A stretch of DNA of 63,504 nt, counting the filler, from Octopus bimaculoides (lineage: Eukaryota), in the NCBI RefSeq assembly GCF_001194135.2. It is 7 parts of 7 records of this genome, joined end to end, with 100 filler letters (N's around TTAATTAATTAA, not from the genome) between each part and the next. Parts side by side here need not be neighbours in the genome. Positions count along the whole stretch, not along the records: positions 20,227 to 42,269 come from NC_068986.1; 6 more parts are not named here. The stretch is one strand, 5' to 3'. Position 1 is the first letter of the stretch. Each line of letters starts with the position of its first letter. The notes below the pieces were generated by a model that saw only the letters and a program-made list of their open reading frames with translations, did no database searches and was not told where the DNA came from. Shown one piece after another: positions 24,718 to 37,142 of the stretch. A program made the position numbers and the translations under genes.

Positions 24718-24736
24718 GCGCGCACACACACACGCA
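24668..24736. repeat. Alternating purine-pyrimidine tract (TA)(CA)n(CG)10(CA)n
   Basis: Directly visible; the (CG)10 run is at 24703-24722. Confidence 0.95.
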
Positions 24737-25276
24737 AACAAACAAACAAACAAGCAAAGATAAGGAATACAAACACGCATCACGAAAGGAAAATACTGAA
24801 TAGAGAAAACATATTCTTTGTCCCTGTTATATATATGTGTGTCTATGCATTTGTTCTTAGGGTGTCTGTGAGGGTGTGCGCGAGGGTGTGCGCGAGCGTG
24901 TTGTGTGTATGTATCTATGTGTGTGTGTGCATGTGTATGTGTGTGTGTATATGCGTGTGCGTGTGTGTGATTTGTTTATTTCTGCTGTAGTCTTTGATAA
25001 CCTCCAAGACCATTCCTAGGTTGTTTTGGGGTGGAGTTCTGTGGAGTTTATTATTCTTATTAATATTTTTTTTTTTGCTTCATTTACTTATTTAGTTTTG
25101 TTTTGTTTTGTTTTTCTTTTTTCTTTTCTTTTTTTTCTATGTTATTTATGTCAAATACACCGAAAACCGTCACAGATATTACTTTGAAGAATTATATCAA
25201 AGCAACGCGAAATGAGAAAAATCACGATAGATAATTCGATTAAGGAATAAAATCCTATTTTCTACAATTCCCTGAG

Positions 25277-25313
<37 letters not shown>

Positions 25314-25494
25314 CGTGTGTACATCATATACACATATATATGCACACACATACACACATATGCACACAAGCATACATACATATATACATACATATATACA
25401 TACATACATACATNNNNNNNNNNTATATATATATATATATACGAATGAATATGTATTTGACTTTTGCATCTTCTTTCCCGCCTTTACAATTTAT

Positions 25495-25630
25495 CATCAT
25501 TGTCATCGTCATCACCATCATCATCATCATCATCATCATCGTTATCGTCGTCTTCGTTATAATCGACATCATCATCACCAATCATCATTCGATATTATTT
25601 ACCAGCAGCAGCAATAGCAATAGAAGCAGC

Positions 25631-25690
<60 letters not shown>

Positions 25691-25879
25691 TGAGGTTTTG
25701 TTGTTGTTTTTGTTTGCCTAAACAAACAATATTTGCTGATCTAAAATTTAATAACCGACAAATGTTTTGTAATTTTCTTTTTTTTACCTTGTTACTTATA
25801 TATGAACAACACGCAACAAAACACATTGATGAAATATAAGGTGTATGCATGTCTGTCTGTCTGTCTGCATGCATGTGTG

Positions 25880-25916
<37 letters not shown>

Positions 25917-26041
25917 ATGAATATGTGTATGTATGTATGTTTGTTTGTATTATGTATGTATATAAGTATGTACGTACGTATGTATGTATGTATGTATGTA
26001 TGTATGTGCATATATGAATGTATATATATGTGTGTATGTAC

Positions 26042-26121
<80 letters not shown>

Positions 26122-26315
26122 ATATATATATACACATACATACACACATATACACTTTATATATATATATATGCATGTATGAGTGAATTATGTGCGTGCA
26201 TGTATGTAGGTATGGGTGTATGCATATGTGTGCATATGTATGTATATGTAAGTACGCACGTATATATGTGTGTGAGTGTATGTATGTATGTATGTATGTA
26301 TGTATGTATGTATGT
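25495..26315. repeat. Compound microsatellite block: (CAT)n, (TAG)n, (GT)n, (TATG)n, (TA)n
   Basis: Directly visible. Confidence 0.95.
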
Positions 26316-26674
26316 ATGCATAAGTAATAAGAGAAAAGAGAGAGAGACTGAAACGAACTCACAATGCTGATGTTTACAATATTCATAGCTGTGCGCATAT
26401 GTATATACATTTACTTTCAAGTGTTTATTCGTAAGCATGTGTTATATATATATATATATATATATATAAAACGACCTATAAGTTTTTTGCCGCTGCATAA
26501 ATGGTTTGTTTTCAGTGATCAAATGTTCATGCCCCCTATTAGCACACTCTCTCCATCAAATCAACGTTGTCCAAACAGGTGTACCGTGTGCCACGTGTTA
26601 GGTGTCGACGTGATCGCAAAGCAACGTGAGATGAAGCGTTTCACTCACGAACAAAACGCGCAGCCAAGTCTAGG

Positions 26675-27040
26675 AATGCTAAGCGGTATTTCGCCCGTCA
26701 CTACGTTCTGTGTTCAAATTCCCCCGAGATCGACTTTGCCTTTCATCCTTTCGGGGTCGATAAATTAAGTACTAGTGAAATTCAGGGGTCGATATAATCG
26801 ACTAGTTCCGTCCCGCAAAACTTCTAGTATTGTTAGAAGGCGGTGTGCAGGCAGAATTGTTAGCACATCGGTCAAAATGCTCAACGGTATTACGTTCTGA
26901 GTTCAAATCCCGCTGTGTTTGACTTGGCCTTTCGCTTTTCATCACTGGATCGATAAAATAAATACCAGTTGAGCACTGGCCTGGATGTAATTGGTTCGAC
27001 CTTCCTCCCAAATATCAGGCTTTGTGCCTATATTAGAAAG
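26675..27040 (+). mobile_element. Two tandem SINE-like family B copies (about 26675-26830 and 26837-27040)
   Basis: Each has GTTCAAATTCCC/GTTCAAATCCC followed by GACTTTGCCTTTC/GACTTGGCCTTTC and GGTCGATAAA/GATCGATAAA. Confidence 0.75.
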
Positions 27041-27369
27041 CGTTACTGTAGTAAATCTTTTCTTTTGCCCTCCACTTCGTTTTCTTTCTTCAAGAGAAAC
27101 TGCTTAAGAAGGTACTTGTTTTCCAACCGGACAATATGACCAGTCCACCCCAACTGCTTCCAGATAATCATACCTTCAATGGGGGGGGGGGTCATGCTGG
27201 TTTCTTCTGATGCTTTTCCTTCTTTCTTCCCAGCTGAGGTTGAGAATACTTCGGAGGCAGCGTTGGTGTCACCTTTCGAGAGTTTTTACGTGTCTCCTGT
27301 GCGTAGTCTACGATTCACACACACANNNNNNNNNNNNNNNNNNNNNNNNNNNNNNNNNNNNNNNNNNNN

Positions 27370-27414
<45 letters not shown>

Positions 27415-27532
27415 TAAACTGGCACATTGAGAGTTTCTGGCGGTCAAAGTTAGGATCTGATTTGGCCGACGAAGTTTCTCGTCGCATTTCATTACGTTAT
27501 CTTAAAATTTGGATCCCAAATCCTGCTTGTGT

Positions 27533-27770
27533 GGAGGCGCGTAGTTTAGTGGTTAGGGTGTTAGACTCATGATCATAAGATTGTGGTTTCGATTTCTGGA
27601 CCAGGCGACGCGTTGTGTTCTTGAGCAAAACACTTCATTTCACGTTGCTCCAACCCGTGCAGCAGGCAAAAATGAATAACCCTGCGACAGATCGTCGTCC
27701 CGTCCAGGTGAGGGAATATATACACCTTGAAACCGGGAAACCGGCGCTTATGAGTCGGCATGACTCGAGA
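27533..27770 (+). mobile_element. tRNA-derived SINE family E-related copy
   Basis: GGAGGCGCGTAGTTTAGTGGTTAGGGTG (A box) and GGTTTCGATTTC (B box), then GTGTTCTTGAGCAAAACACTT. Confidence 0.75.
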
Positions 27771-28305
27771 AATTAGATTAAAACTTTAAATCCTGCTACG
27801 ACTCATTAACCACCGTAGTAGATACAATTTTTTTTTAATAATTGGCTTTACTACAATACACACACTAATAATACTAACAATGCTTTCTAACATAGCTCAA
27901 ATCTCATCGGGGCCACTTATTACGTATTATTCATCTATTTTGTATTTTTCTTCAATTCGAGACCTATAAAATAAGAAGCGTTAAGATACTAGTATCGGTT
28001 TCATTGCTTCAATATTTGATTAACCCATAAATATGCGACGGCATGCAAATACGAGAAACAGATGTTTACTTTATTTCTATTCAATAAACTGCAACAACAC
28101 ACTTATAAATACGTTTGTGTGTACATATACTGGTATGTGTGAGGTCCGTTGGTTGTTTGTTCGTGTTCAGTTCAGCTGCACGGAACCTTAGGCAAGTGCC
28201 TTCTACCATAGCTCCGGACCGACCAGTGTCTTGCGATTGAATTTGATTGACGGAAACTGTGTAGAAGGCTATCGTGTGTGGTGTGAAGTAATAATAATAC
28301 TAATG

Positions 28306-28352
<47 letters not shown>

Positions 28353-28523
28353 CCTTGGATGAAATTTATAAATATTTTAATGCATCGCTATGCGCGTTTC
28401 CACAAATCACATGTTTCTTAAGATCATAGTCCGTATTCTTGGCATAATGGAATAGGAGCTCTTATATGCATATTTAAAACGTTTCCCGTAAACGAAATTT
28501 AAGGATATATATGTATATATATA

Positions 28524-28594
<71 letters not shown>

Positions 28595-30099
28595 NNNNNN
28601 NNNNNNNNNNNNNNNNNNNNNNNNNNNNNNNNNNNNNNNNNNNNNNNNNNNNNNNNNNNNNNNNNNNNNNNNNNNNNNNNNNNNNNNNNNNNNNNNNNNN
28701 NNNNNNNNNNNNNNNNNNNNNNNNNNNNNNNNNNNNNNNNNNNNNNNNNNNNNNNNNNNNNNNNNNNNNNNNNNNNNNNNNNNNNNNNNNNNNNNNNNNN
28801 NNNNNNNNNNNNNNNNNNNNNNNNNNNNNNNNNNNNNNNNNNNNNNNNNNNNNNNNNNNNNNNNNNNNNNNNNNNNNNNNNNNNNNNNNNNNNNNNNNNN
28901 NNNNNNNNNNNNNNNNNNNNNNNNNNNNNNNNNNNNNNNNNNNNNNNNNNNNNNNNNNNNNNNNNNNNNNNNNNNNNNNNNNNNNNNNNNNNNNNNNNNN
29001 NNNNNNNNNNNNNNNNNNNNNNNNNNNNNNNNNNNNNNNNNNNNNNNNNNNNNNNNNNNNNNNNNNNNNNNNNNNNNNNNNNNNNNNNNNNNNNNNNNNN
29101 NNNNNNNNNNNNNNNNNNNNNNNNNNNNNNNNNNNNNNNNNNNNNNNNNAATGGACGTATGATAGCTTTTAATGTCGACTTGTAAGAAAGAAGTTTTCTA
29201 TTTGTTTTGAAACATAACCAATCATTGTATCACCTCACACGAATTGATAGTTTTATACAATTTTTCACTTTCGGTACTTTTGTTTTTACCTAGTTTCCAC
29301 TTATAAACTTGTATCAGACTTGGACCAATGAGTCAAACAGTTGGGTTCTCCAGAAAATCTTGCTTATGATCATTAATGTTAAAATGCGGGATCTTCAGCT
29401 CAAAAGGGCTTCATCCTTTCCGCTTAATTAGCTAATTCATAACACTTTTCATTTATATTGTTTAGAACATTTTTCGTTTTAGAATTCCTTTTATTTCTTT
29501 CGTAATAAATTCATTATATGTTTGCTTTTTAATTCTGTTTAAATTGCCAGTTTTATCCAAAAGTACGGGGTTCAAAGATCGGAACAATAATATATAAATG
29601 TGACCGACGTGGTATCTATCACCGAAGAGGCGAAATTACACCAAAAATTGTGTGTCTGCTCATCCGCTAACATCGTTTTTTAAGCTTGGTCTGCTTTTAC
29701 ACTCAAAGTCTATAGGGAAAAATTTGTTCTCCCTGACACAATCCTGTAGCAAATTCCAGCGTGCAAGAACGTATCAAAAATAAATGTACACACGCACAAA
29801 CACACACACACATCCCTAATTATGGTTACTGAAATTACTACAACTGGAAGAAGTACCTGTTGTCGTAGTTGCTGCCATTTAAATGGTCACGAAGACCTGG
29901 TTAACAATTCTCATACTTGTAAGTGAAAGTGGACTGATTATCTCCGATGTTATAAATATTTCAGATGGAATATTCTAAAATGACAGCTTCTGTTTCTATG
30001 TTTCTTTTTATCATGGCTCTGAATCTACCGCTAATTCTTTAGCGAAATTCCAAGAAACATTAATGCAACATAGATTTAATCACACATTTTCAACCAATA

Positions 30100-30167
30100 A
30101 AATTCCACCCAAGAGATGACAAATGTTTCGAAATTTCACCCAAGAAATGACAACTGTTTCGAAATTT
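30100..30167. repeat. 31-bp tandem duplication (AAATTYCACCCAAGARATGACAAMTGTTTCG x2)
   Basis: Directly visible; units start at 30100 and 30131. Confidence 0.9.
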
Positions 30168-30891
30168 GCAACTATTTTAACCTGGTTGTGAATATATATT
30201 TGTACCAGTGCTTATTGGTGCCATTCGTTGCGTTAGTAAATGTCTAAGTGACAATTTGGAAAAGCTAATACTTTTCGGCCTGCACGAAAATCAACTAATA
30301 CAATCTGTAAGTGGAACATTATAAATATGGGAAATTTTTCAAAAGTCTTGCATATTATTATGATCAGACGTGTAACATTTATCGTTGTTGTTATCCAGAT
30401 TCTAATGATGAAGTTTCTTTTTTGCTTTTTCTTTTCTCAACTAGAAACCACTCCTTACTTCTAAGAAAATTCTAATAAATAAAAAGTAAAAACGTGTCTA
30501 TGCAACAGCAGGAAAAGCATAAGCAGACATGCCCACCCATAAAGACAAATATATATATTGATTTTATTTTTTTATTGCTTGTTGACATTAATACGATCAG
30601 TAAGTCACCCACCACATCTCAAACTGTGTTTGTCTATTTTAATTATATTTATTTGTCTGTCTATTTGTTTATGCTTTTTTTTACGTTTATAAGTCTGTCT
30701 GCATGTTTATTTTTTCGTGTGGCTATCAGTCTACCTGTGTTTATATCTATGTCAACCTATCTTTGTATTATTGTATAGAGGTGCATATATAGATGTGAGC
30801 AGGCACCTAAAGAGAGTATGTGTGTGTGTGCGTGCATGAATGTCTATGTGCGTTGCATGTATGTATGTGTGTTTATATATATTTATATTTA

Positions 30892-30932
<41 letters not shown>

Positions 30933-31614
30933 TAGGAATACGGCACAGAATGACAACAAAGAAACACAGAAAATCGGGAAAAACACAATGGACGCAGACA
31001 TGCTCGATGCCTCGTTACTTATCGACTAAATGTCATCACAATTTCGACACCTTCCCATAATATTGTTCAGTTTGGCAGTGTAATCACATACGTTTCTGGG
31101 GTTATATGAGCAGACAAAACAGAAAGCAAGAACATGAAAGAATAAGGCCTGTACAATAAAAAGAAAAGATGAGATCTCTAGACAGAAAGACAGAAAGGTA
31201 GTAAGGGCAAGTTATGAGGAGAACAGATATATATATATAAATATATATATATAGCGAAAGAAGCAAATAAGCAGTAACAGAAAAAATAATATATTACTAG
31301 AATGCCTTTCGACTAAGCGGTAAAAATAAGACGTGTTGTGAAAAATATCCTTCATAGGAAAGATGGTGGCCCAATCGGATTTAGAAATATACATACAGTG
31401 AGTGAGACGCTGTATTAAGATGCAGCTGTATCAACGAGAATACTAAATACAAAGTTAGTGTTGTATTGCCATTTATTATTATCTTTTATTTCGTGATTCG
31501 AATCAGAAATTTCGCCAACGAAAACAAAAGAGACTCAATTACTTTGTTCTTTGTGCATGCGCCAAAAATATGCAAGCTTCAACGTCAGATCAATAAGGTA
31601 TTAGAATTTATTTT

Positions 31615-31688
31615 TCAATAGGCCGATCAATGCCTTGGGAGTGAATTTGGCTGATGGAAACTGTGTGGAAGATCATATTTGTGCGTGC

Positions 31689-31724
<36 letters not shown>

Positions 31725-31895
31725 GTATACGTGCGTGTAAATATCCCCGTAAATTAGCGGTTCGTTAAAAGAAACCGATAGAATAAGTACCAGACTTAAA
31801 AGGAAAATATGTACTTGGGTAGATTTATTCTGCTAAAATTCCTCTGTCAGTGCTCCGGCATGGCCGCAGTCCAAAGACCGAAACATGTAAACGAA
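31615..31895 (+). mobile_element. Degenerate SINE family A (3' two-thirds)
   Basis: GATGGAAACTGTGTGGAAG, TTAGCGGTTCGTTAAAAGAAACCGATAGAATAAGTAC, GCATGGCCGCAGTC. Confidence 0.7.
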
Positions 31896-32999
31896 AAATG
31901 ATGATAAAAGTATGAATGAGAGCATTCCAATCAGGAATCGCATCTCTTTTACGTAATTACAGTTTCTTCAACCATTCCAATCATGACCATCCCGTCTACT
32001 ACATAGATTCAGAGATTTTTCATATCGGTAAGAACGAAAGCGTTCCAAATGTGACCTTCCATTTCTTTTTATGTAATTCAGATAGAGACGATACAAACCA
32101 AAATTTATAAGTGAATAATACGAATTATAATTAATGAGCGAACAATGCAATTCAAAATTAATAAAATTTATTACAATTTATGATAAAACAATTTAATACG
32201 TATTATTGAAATACAATACTATTCAAAATATGAATACAATTTACAAAGAATCATAATAGAACAGTACCATTCAAAATAGTTGAGCGACGTACAAAAGAAC
32301 ATTCCATTGTTTCTGTTATTTGATCAGAGGGAGAAGAAAAAAAAATGACACATTAAAACAGTAGTTCTCAGCCGTTTGTAGTTCAGCGCCCTCTTTCAGG
32401 GAAGGACATTTCACAAACCACATTTTCAAAGAATGAATAAATAAATAAATAAATAGAAGAGATTATTTTAATCAAACAGTAGTCACTTCTGCATTGTGCT
32501 TTATTATCCATACTTATATTACTCTATCCAGCATCTGTTATTTTCTGCATGATATATATATATATATANNNNNNNNNNNNNNNNNNNNNNNNNNNNNNNN
32601 NNNNNNNNNNNNNNNNNNNNNNNNNNNNNNNNNNNNNNNNNNNNNNNNNNNNNNNNNNNNNNNNNNNNNNNNNNNNNNNNNNNNNNNNNNNNNNNNNNNN
32701 NNNNNNNNNNNNNNNNNNNNNNNNNNNNNNNNNNNNNNNNNNNNNNNNNNNNNNNNNNNNNNNNNNNNNNNNNNNNNNNNNNNNNNNNNNNNNNNNNNNN
32801 NNNNNNNNNNNNNNNNNNNNNNNNNNNNNNNNNNNNNNNNNNNNNNNNNNNNNNNNNNNNNNNNNNNNNNNNNNNNNNNNNNNNNNNNNNNNNNNNNNNN
32901 NNNNNNNNNNNNNNNNNNNNNNNNNNNNNNNNNNNNNNNNNNNNNNNNNNNNNNNNNNNNNNNNNNNNNNNNNNNNNNNNNNNNNNNNTATATATATAT

Positions 33000-33199
33000 A
33001 CGAGGTGTTAACTACGAAAAAACAACAGACGAAGACAGGTGATGTAAACAACAAATGGATGTATTAGTTTAACGCTCGGGAATAGAGAGTCTTTGACGTT
33101 TCGAGCTCCGCTCTTCAACTGAAAGGAACACAGAAAGAAATAAGGAGAGAAACAAAGAGAAAAAAAATAAATGTAGTGGTCAGCGATCTATCAGGGAAA

Positions 33200-33207
<8 letters not shown>
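33000..33207 (-). mobile_element. Penelope-like terminal-repeat fragment carrying a degenerate hammerhead-like motif (33091-33125)
   Basis: - strand CUUU-CAGUUGA-A-GAGC(GGA)GCUC-GAAAC-GUC-AAAG followed by TTCCCGAGCGT..CTAATAC; parallels the element at 18300. Confidence 0.45.
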
Positions 33208-33245
<38 letters not shown>

Positions 33246-33258
33246 CTGTGTGTGTGTG

Positions 33259-33974
33259 TGTAGTGGATCTTGCATGCATGAAGTGGATTCGATCCACAAA
33301 AACTAAATTTAAATTAACACTGCAACAGAACTTTTCCCACGGTGGAACAATCGTTTTTCTCTGACAGCAGTTTTATATTTTCCAGATGCCTTTAGCTAGG
33401 CCGAAATAATGTCTTCACCACTTGACCCTTTCTAACCTCTTCTACTTCACCAAAAGCTAGAATAGAGATAACAAGACCACCAACTAAATCTTTTGTTCTC
33501 AATGATATGTCTATCCTTATAGATAGTTATAAAAGCAAGAAAGCCTCAAGCAAAAGTTAGTTTAATCACCAGTCGGTAACGACTCAACCAGTTCAGTCAC
33601 TAGTCGGAGACGACTCGACGAGTCCAGTCACACGGTGACGACTCAGTGAGAACGAAGTCTGATTGACTAGCTCGAACCTTGGCCAGAGGGAGAAATGAAG
33701 TTTACTGCCAGCAACTGTGAGACAACGTCCCACAACCCTCCAACTTCCACTAGCTCTAATTCTGTTCTCTTACAACATCAATCTATCGCTACCTGTGGAT
33801 TACCACTAACAATTCGTATACGCCAAACTATGCAAAGAAACATTCTACCACATCTTTCTTTCGCATGCTCTCGGATGTTATAACCTGCCCGTCGAGGCAA
33901 GGTATTGTAATGTAACGGTAAATAAATATTTCCTTAAAACTTCAAGCATTGTTCATCTTTCGCATCCTGCAACA
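33259..33974 (+). mobile_element. Candidate solo LTR (Gypsy-like ends)
   Basis: Starts TGTAGTGGAT and ends ATCCTGCAACA (imperfect terminal IR, TG...CA). It has TATAAAA at 33528, AATAAA at 33921, internal GACGACTC repeats, and flanks TGTG/TGTC. Confidence 0.5.
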
Positions 33975-35295
33975 TGTCGATATAACAAGAAATTTGGATC
34001 TATTTTAAAACGGGGGCCACATTTTTCATTAATGTTTTACGTAGTGTTTTTGGTACGGAAAGACTTTCAAACTTCGTATACTTATCTATTTTTTGTTATA
34101 GAACAGAAAAATATTTTTGTATTCGAATTTATTTCATGTAAAAAATTTTCTTATTTCGATAATTTCAACCNNNNNNNNNNNNNNNNNNNNNNNNNNNNNN
34201 NNNNNNNNNNNNNNNNNNNNNNNNNNNNNNNNNNNNNNNNNNNNNNNNNNNNNNNNNNNNNNNNNNNNNNNNNNNNNNNNNNNNNNNNNNNNNNNNNNNN
34301 NNNNNNNNNNNNNNNNNNNNNNNNNNNNNNNNNNNNNNNNNNNNNNNNNNNNNNNNNNNNNNNNNNNNNNNNNNNNNNNNNNNNNNNNNNNNNNNNNNNN
34401 NNNNNNNNNNNNNNNNNNNNNNNNNNNNNNNNNNNNNNNNNNNNNNNNNNNNNNNNNNNNNNNNNNNNNNNNNNNNNNNNNNNNNNNNNNNNNNNNNNNN
34501 NNNNNNNNNNNNNNNNNNNNNNNNNNNNNNNNNNNNNNNNNNNNNNNNNNNNNNNNNNNNNNNNNNNNNNNNNNNNNNNNNNNNNNNNNNNNNNNNNNNN
34601 NNNNNNNNNNNNNNNNNNNNNNNNNNNNNNNNNNNNNNNNNNNNNNNNNNNNNNNNNNNNNNNNNNNNNNNNNNNNNNNNNNNNNNNNNNNNNNNNNNNN
34701 NNNNNNNNNNNNNNNNNNNNNNNNNNNNNNNNNNNNNNNNNNNNNNNNNNNNNNNNNNNNNNNNNNNNNNNNNNNNNNNNNNNNNNNNNNNNNNNNNNNN
34801 NNNNNNNNNNNNNNNNNNNNNNNNNNNNNNNNNNNNNNNNNNNNNNNNNNNNNNNNNNNNNNNNNNNNNNNNNNNNNNNNNNNNNNNNNNNNNNNNNNNN
34901 NNNNNNNNNNNNNNNNNNNNNNNNNNNNNNNNNNNNNNNNNNNNNNNNNNNNNNNNNNNNNNNNNNNNNNNNNNNNNNNNNNNTGTGTGTGTGTGTGTGT
35001 ATGTATATATACCTATGCAAATGAAGCACTGAATGAAGTTGCTTCATATTCTGTAAAGTTCACACGCACACGTGCGCGCACATACTCATTATTAAGACGA
35101 TCAATGAAAAATGGCGGGTCGCCATATGGAGTTGTTTATCATGTAGGTTTTTCTTTTTCTCTTCAATCACATGTGTTGCTTGTGTGTAATTTAAGTGGTT
35201 ATATTTTAACTGGAACACGAGCCCTGATACATATTGACATATAAAATATCTAAAAGTAGACAGCATTGTGCGATGAGACAACAAACTGTAAACGA

Positions 35296-36008
35296 AACCT
35301 TAAAATGTTGCTCTTATTGATTGTAGGCTCACGCTGGATGAGAGAGGGGCGAGGTGTATATTCGATTAGAATACTTGATAGATATTCTAGTTTAATCGGT
35401 GGAGTTTTGGAATAACTGTCTCTCGAATTCTTTTATCTCATAGAAAAGGAAAAGGTACGGAATCGTTTGAAAAAATGTAGAGTGTCAAAATTTGGGATAC
35501 ATAATTTTGTTTCAAAATTGAAAATCGTAATTTCCGTGGAAGAAAACACATTGCTCAGTCTTAAAGTCCGTCAATAGACCGAGGACGCGTAAGGCCGATG
35601 TCCAGAAGAAAAAAGTCGCATTTTATTCAAATATTCTATCGTACCATCGGTAAGCTAATAGAATCATTTGTATGCCGCGCGAAATGTTTAGCGATATTAC
35701 GCCCGTCTTTGAACCGAAGTTGACTTTGCTTTCATCCTTTAGGAGTTGATAAAATAAGTACCAGTTGAACACTGGGGTCAATATAATTAACCTTAAAATG
35801 TGTTGAGCTTGCAATGGTTACTCTTATTGATTTTAGGTTCACGCTGGACGAGAGAGAGGCGAGGTGTATATTCGATTTCAATACTTGATAGATATTCTAG
35901 TTTATCGGTGGTGTTTTGGAATAGCTGTCTCTCGAATTCCTTTATTTCATAGAAAAGGAAAAGGTACGGAATCGTTTGAAAAAATGTAGAGTGTTAAAAT
36001 TTGGGTAC
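35296..36008. repeat. ~210-bp direct repeat pair (35296-35500, 35789-36008) with a family B SINE fragment (about 35655-35790) between them
   Basis: Shared block CTCTTATTGAT..TAGG.TCACGCTGGA.GAGAGAG...GAAAAGGAAAAGGTACGGAATCGTTTGAAAAAATGTAGAGTGT.AAAATTTGGG. Confidence 0.9.
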
Positions 36009-36847
36009 GAGTATAAAAACTGCATTCCTCTGCCAAGTGATGTCGTGCCAGTGTAGCTGAGAAGGCTCGTCGCATCAGTCTGATTTCAAGCTCAAATTCA
36101 CGGCCTCCGCATCAGACTATAGTTGAAGAGAACACGCTGAGTTTCTCGACTGCAGTGGACTTAACATGAGCGAGCCAATCCGATCCAATTATAAACAATT
36201 AAAGTAATAAAATAAAAAGATATTTTTAATCATTTATTAACTGACAGAACATGACTTTTACACAATTTATATACGATGGGATTACACACACGTGAAACAA
36301 AAAGAATATTCTTTTATTCAGTTTCTTAAGCGAAGACAATGAAAGCAAAAAAATTAAGTGAGTCATTTGTTGACAATTCATGACATGTACGGATTGAAAA
36401 CACCTTATGTAGTGTCGTGGTATTACATGTATATTCAATAGTTTAACGTTCATGACTAAGGCAAATATTCCAGCCGACGCTATGAAGGAACTCTACCACA
36501 GTCTGTTGTGTTTCCGTCGAGCAACACACAAATTGTGAAAAGGTTCTTGTGGCTGCATGTTTTGCAATATACGTCTTTCACAACCGCAGGTTCGTGAGAT
36601 GGTTGTGATCTGAAAACAGTTGTGAGAAGGAACCGGAAAGCGGGGTATAAACCCGCAGTGCGCATATACACACTTGATTCGTAAAACGGAAGAGAAGAAT
36701 AATAACGCATAGAATAAAAACGCAATGCGCATGTCAAACAAGTTGTTTGATGGTTTTCATACCACGTGTAATACTAGTTGTTTTTTCTTTTTCCTATGAT
36801 TTTTCTTTTTTTTGTCTGGATTTATAAGGTTTAATCTGGATTCCTGT

Positions 36848-37142
36848 GGAGGCGCAATGGCCCAGTGGTTAGGGCAGCGGACTCACGGTCATAGGATCGC
36901 GGTTTCGATTCCCAGACCGGGCGTTGTGAGTGTTTATTGAGCGAAAATACCTAAAGCTTCACGAGGCTCCAGCAGGAGATGGTGGCGAACCCTGCTGTAC
37001 TCTTTCACCACGAACTTTCTCTCACTCTTAATTCCCGTTTCTGTTGTGCCTGTAATTCAAAGGGCCAACCTTGTCACACTGTGTCATGCTGAATATCCCC
37101 GAGAACTACGTTAAGGGTACACGTGTCTGTGGAGTGCTCAGC
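36848..37142 (+). mobile_element. tRNA-derived SINE family C (3' end lost in a gap)
   Basis: GGAGGCGCAATGGCCCAGTGGTTAGGGCAGCGGACTC...GGTTTCGATTCCCAGACC; close match to 45815-46189. Confidence 0.9.
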
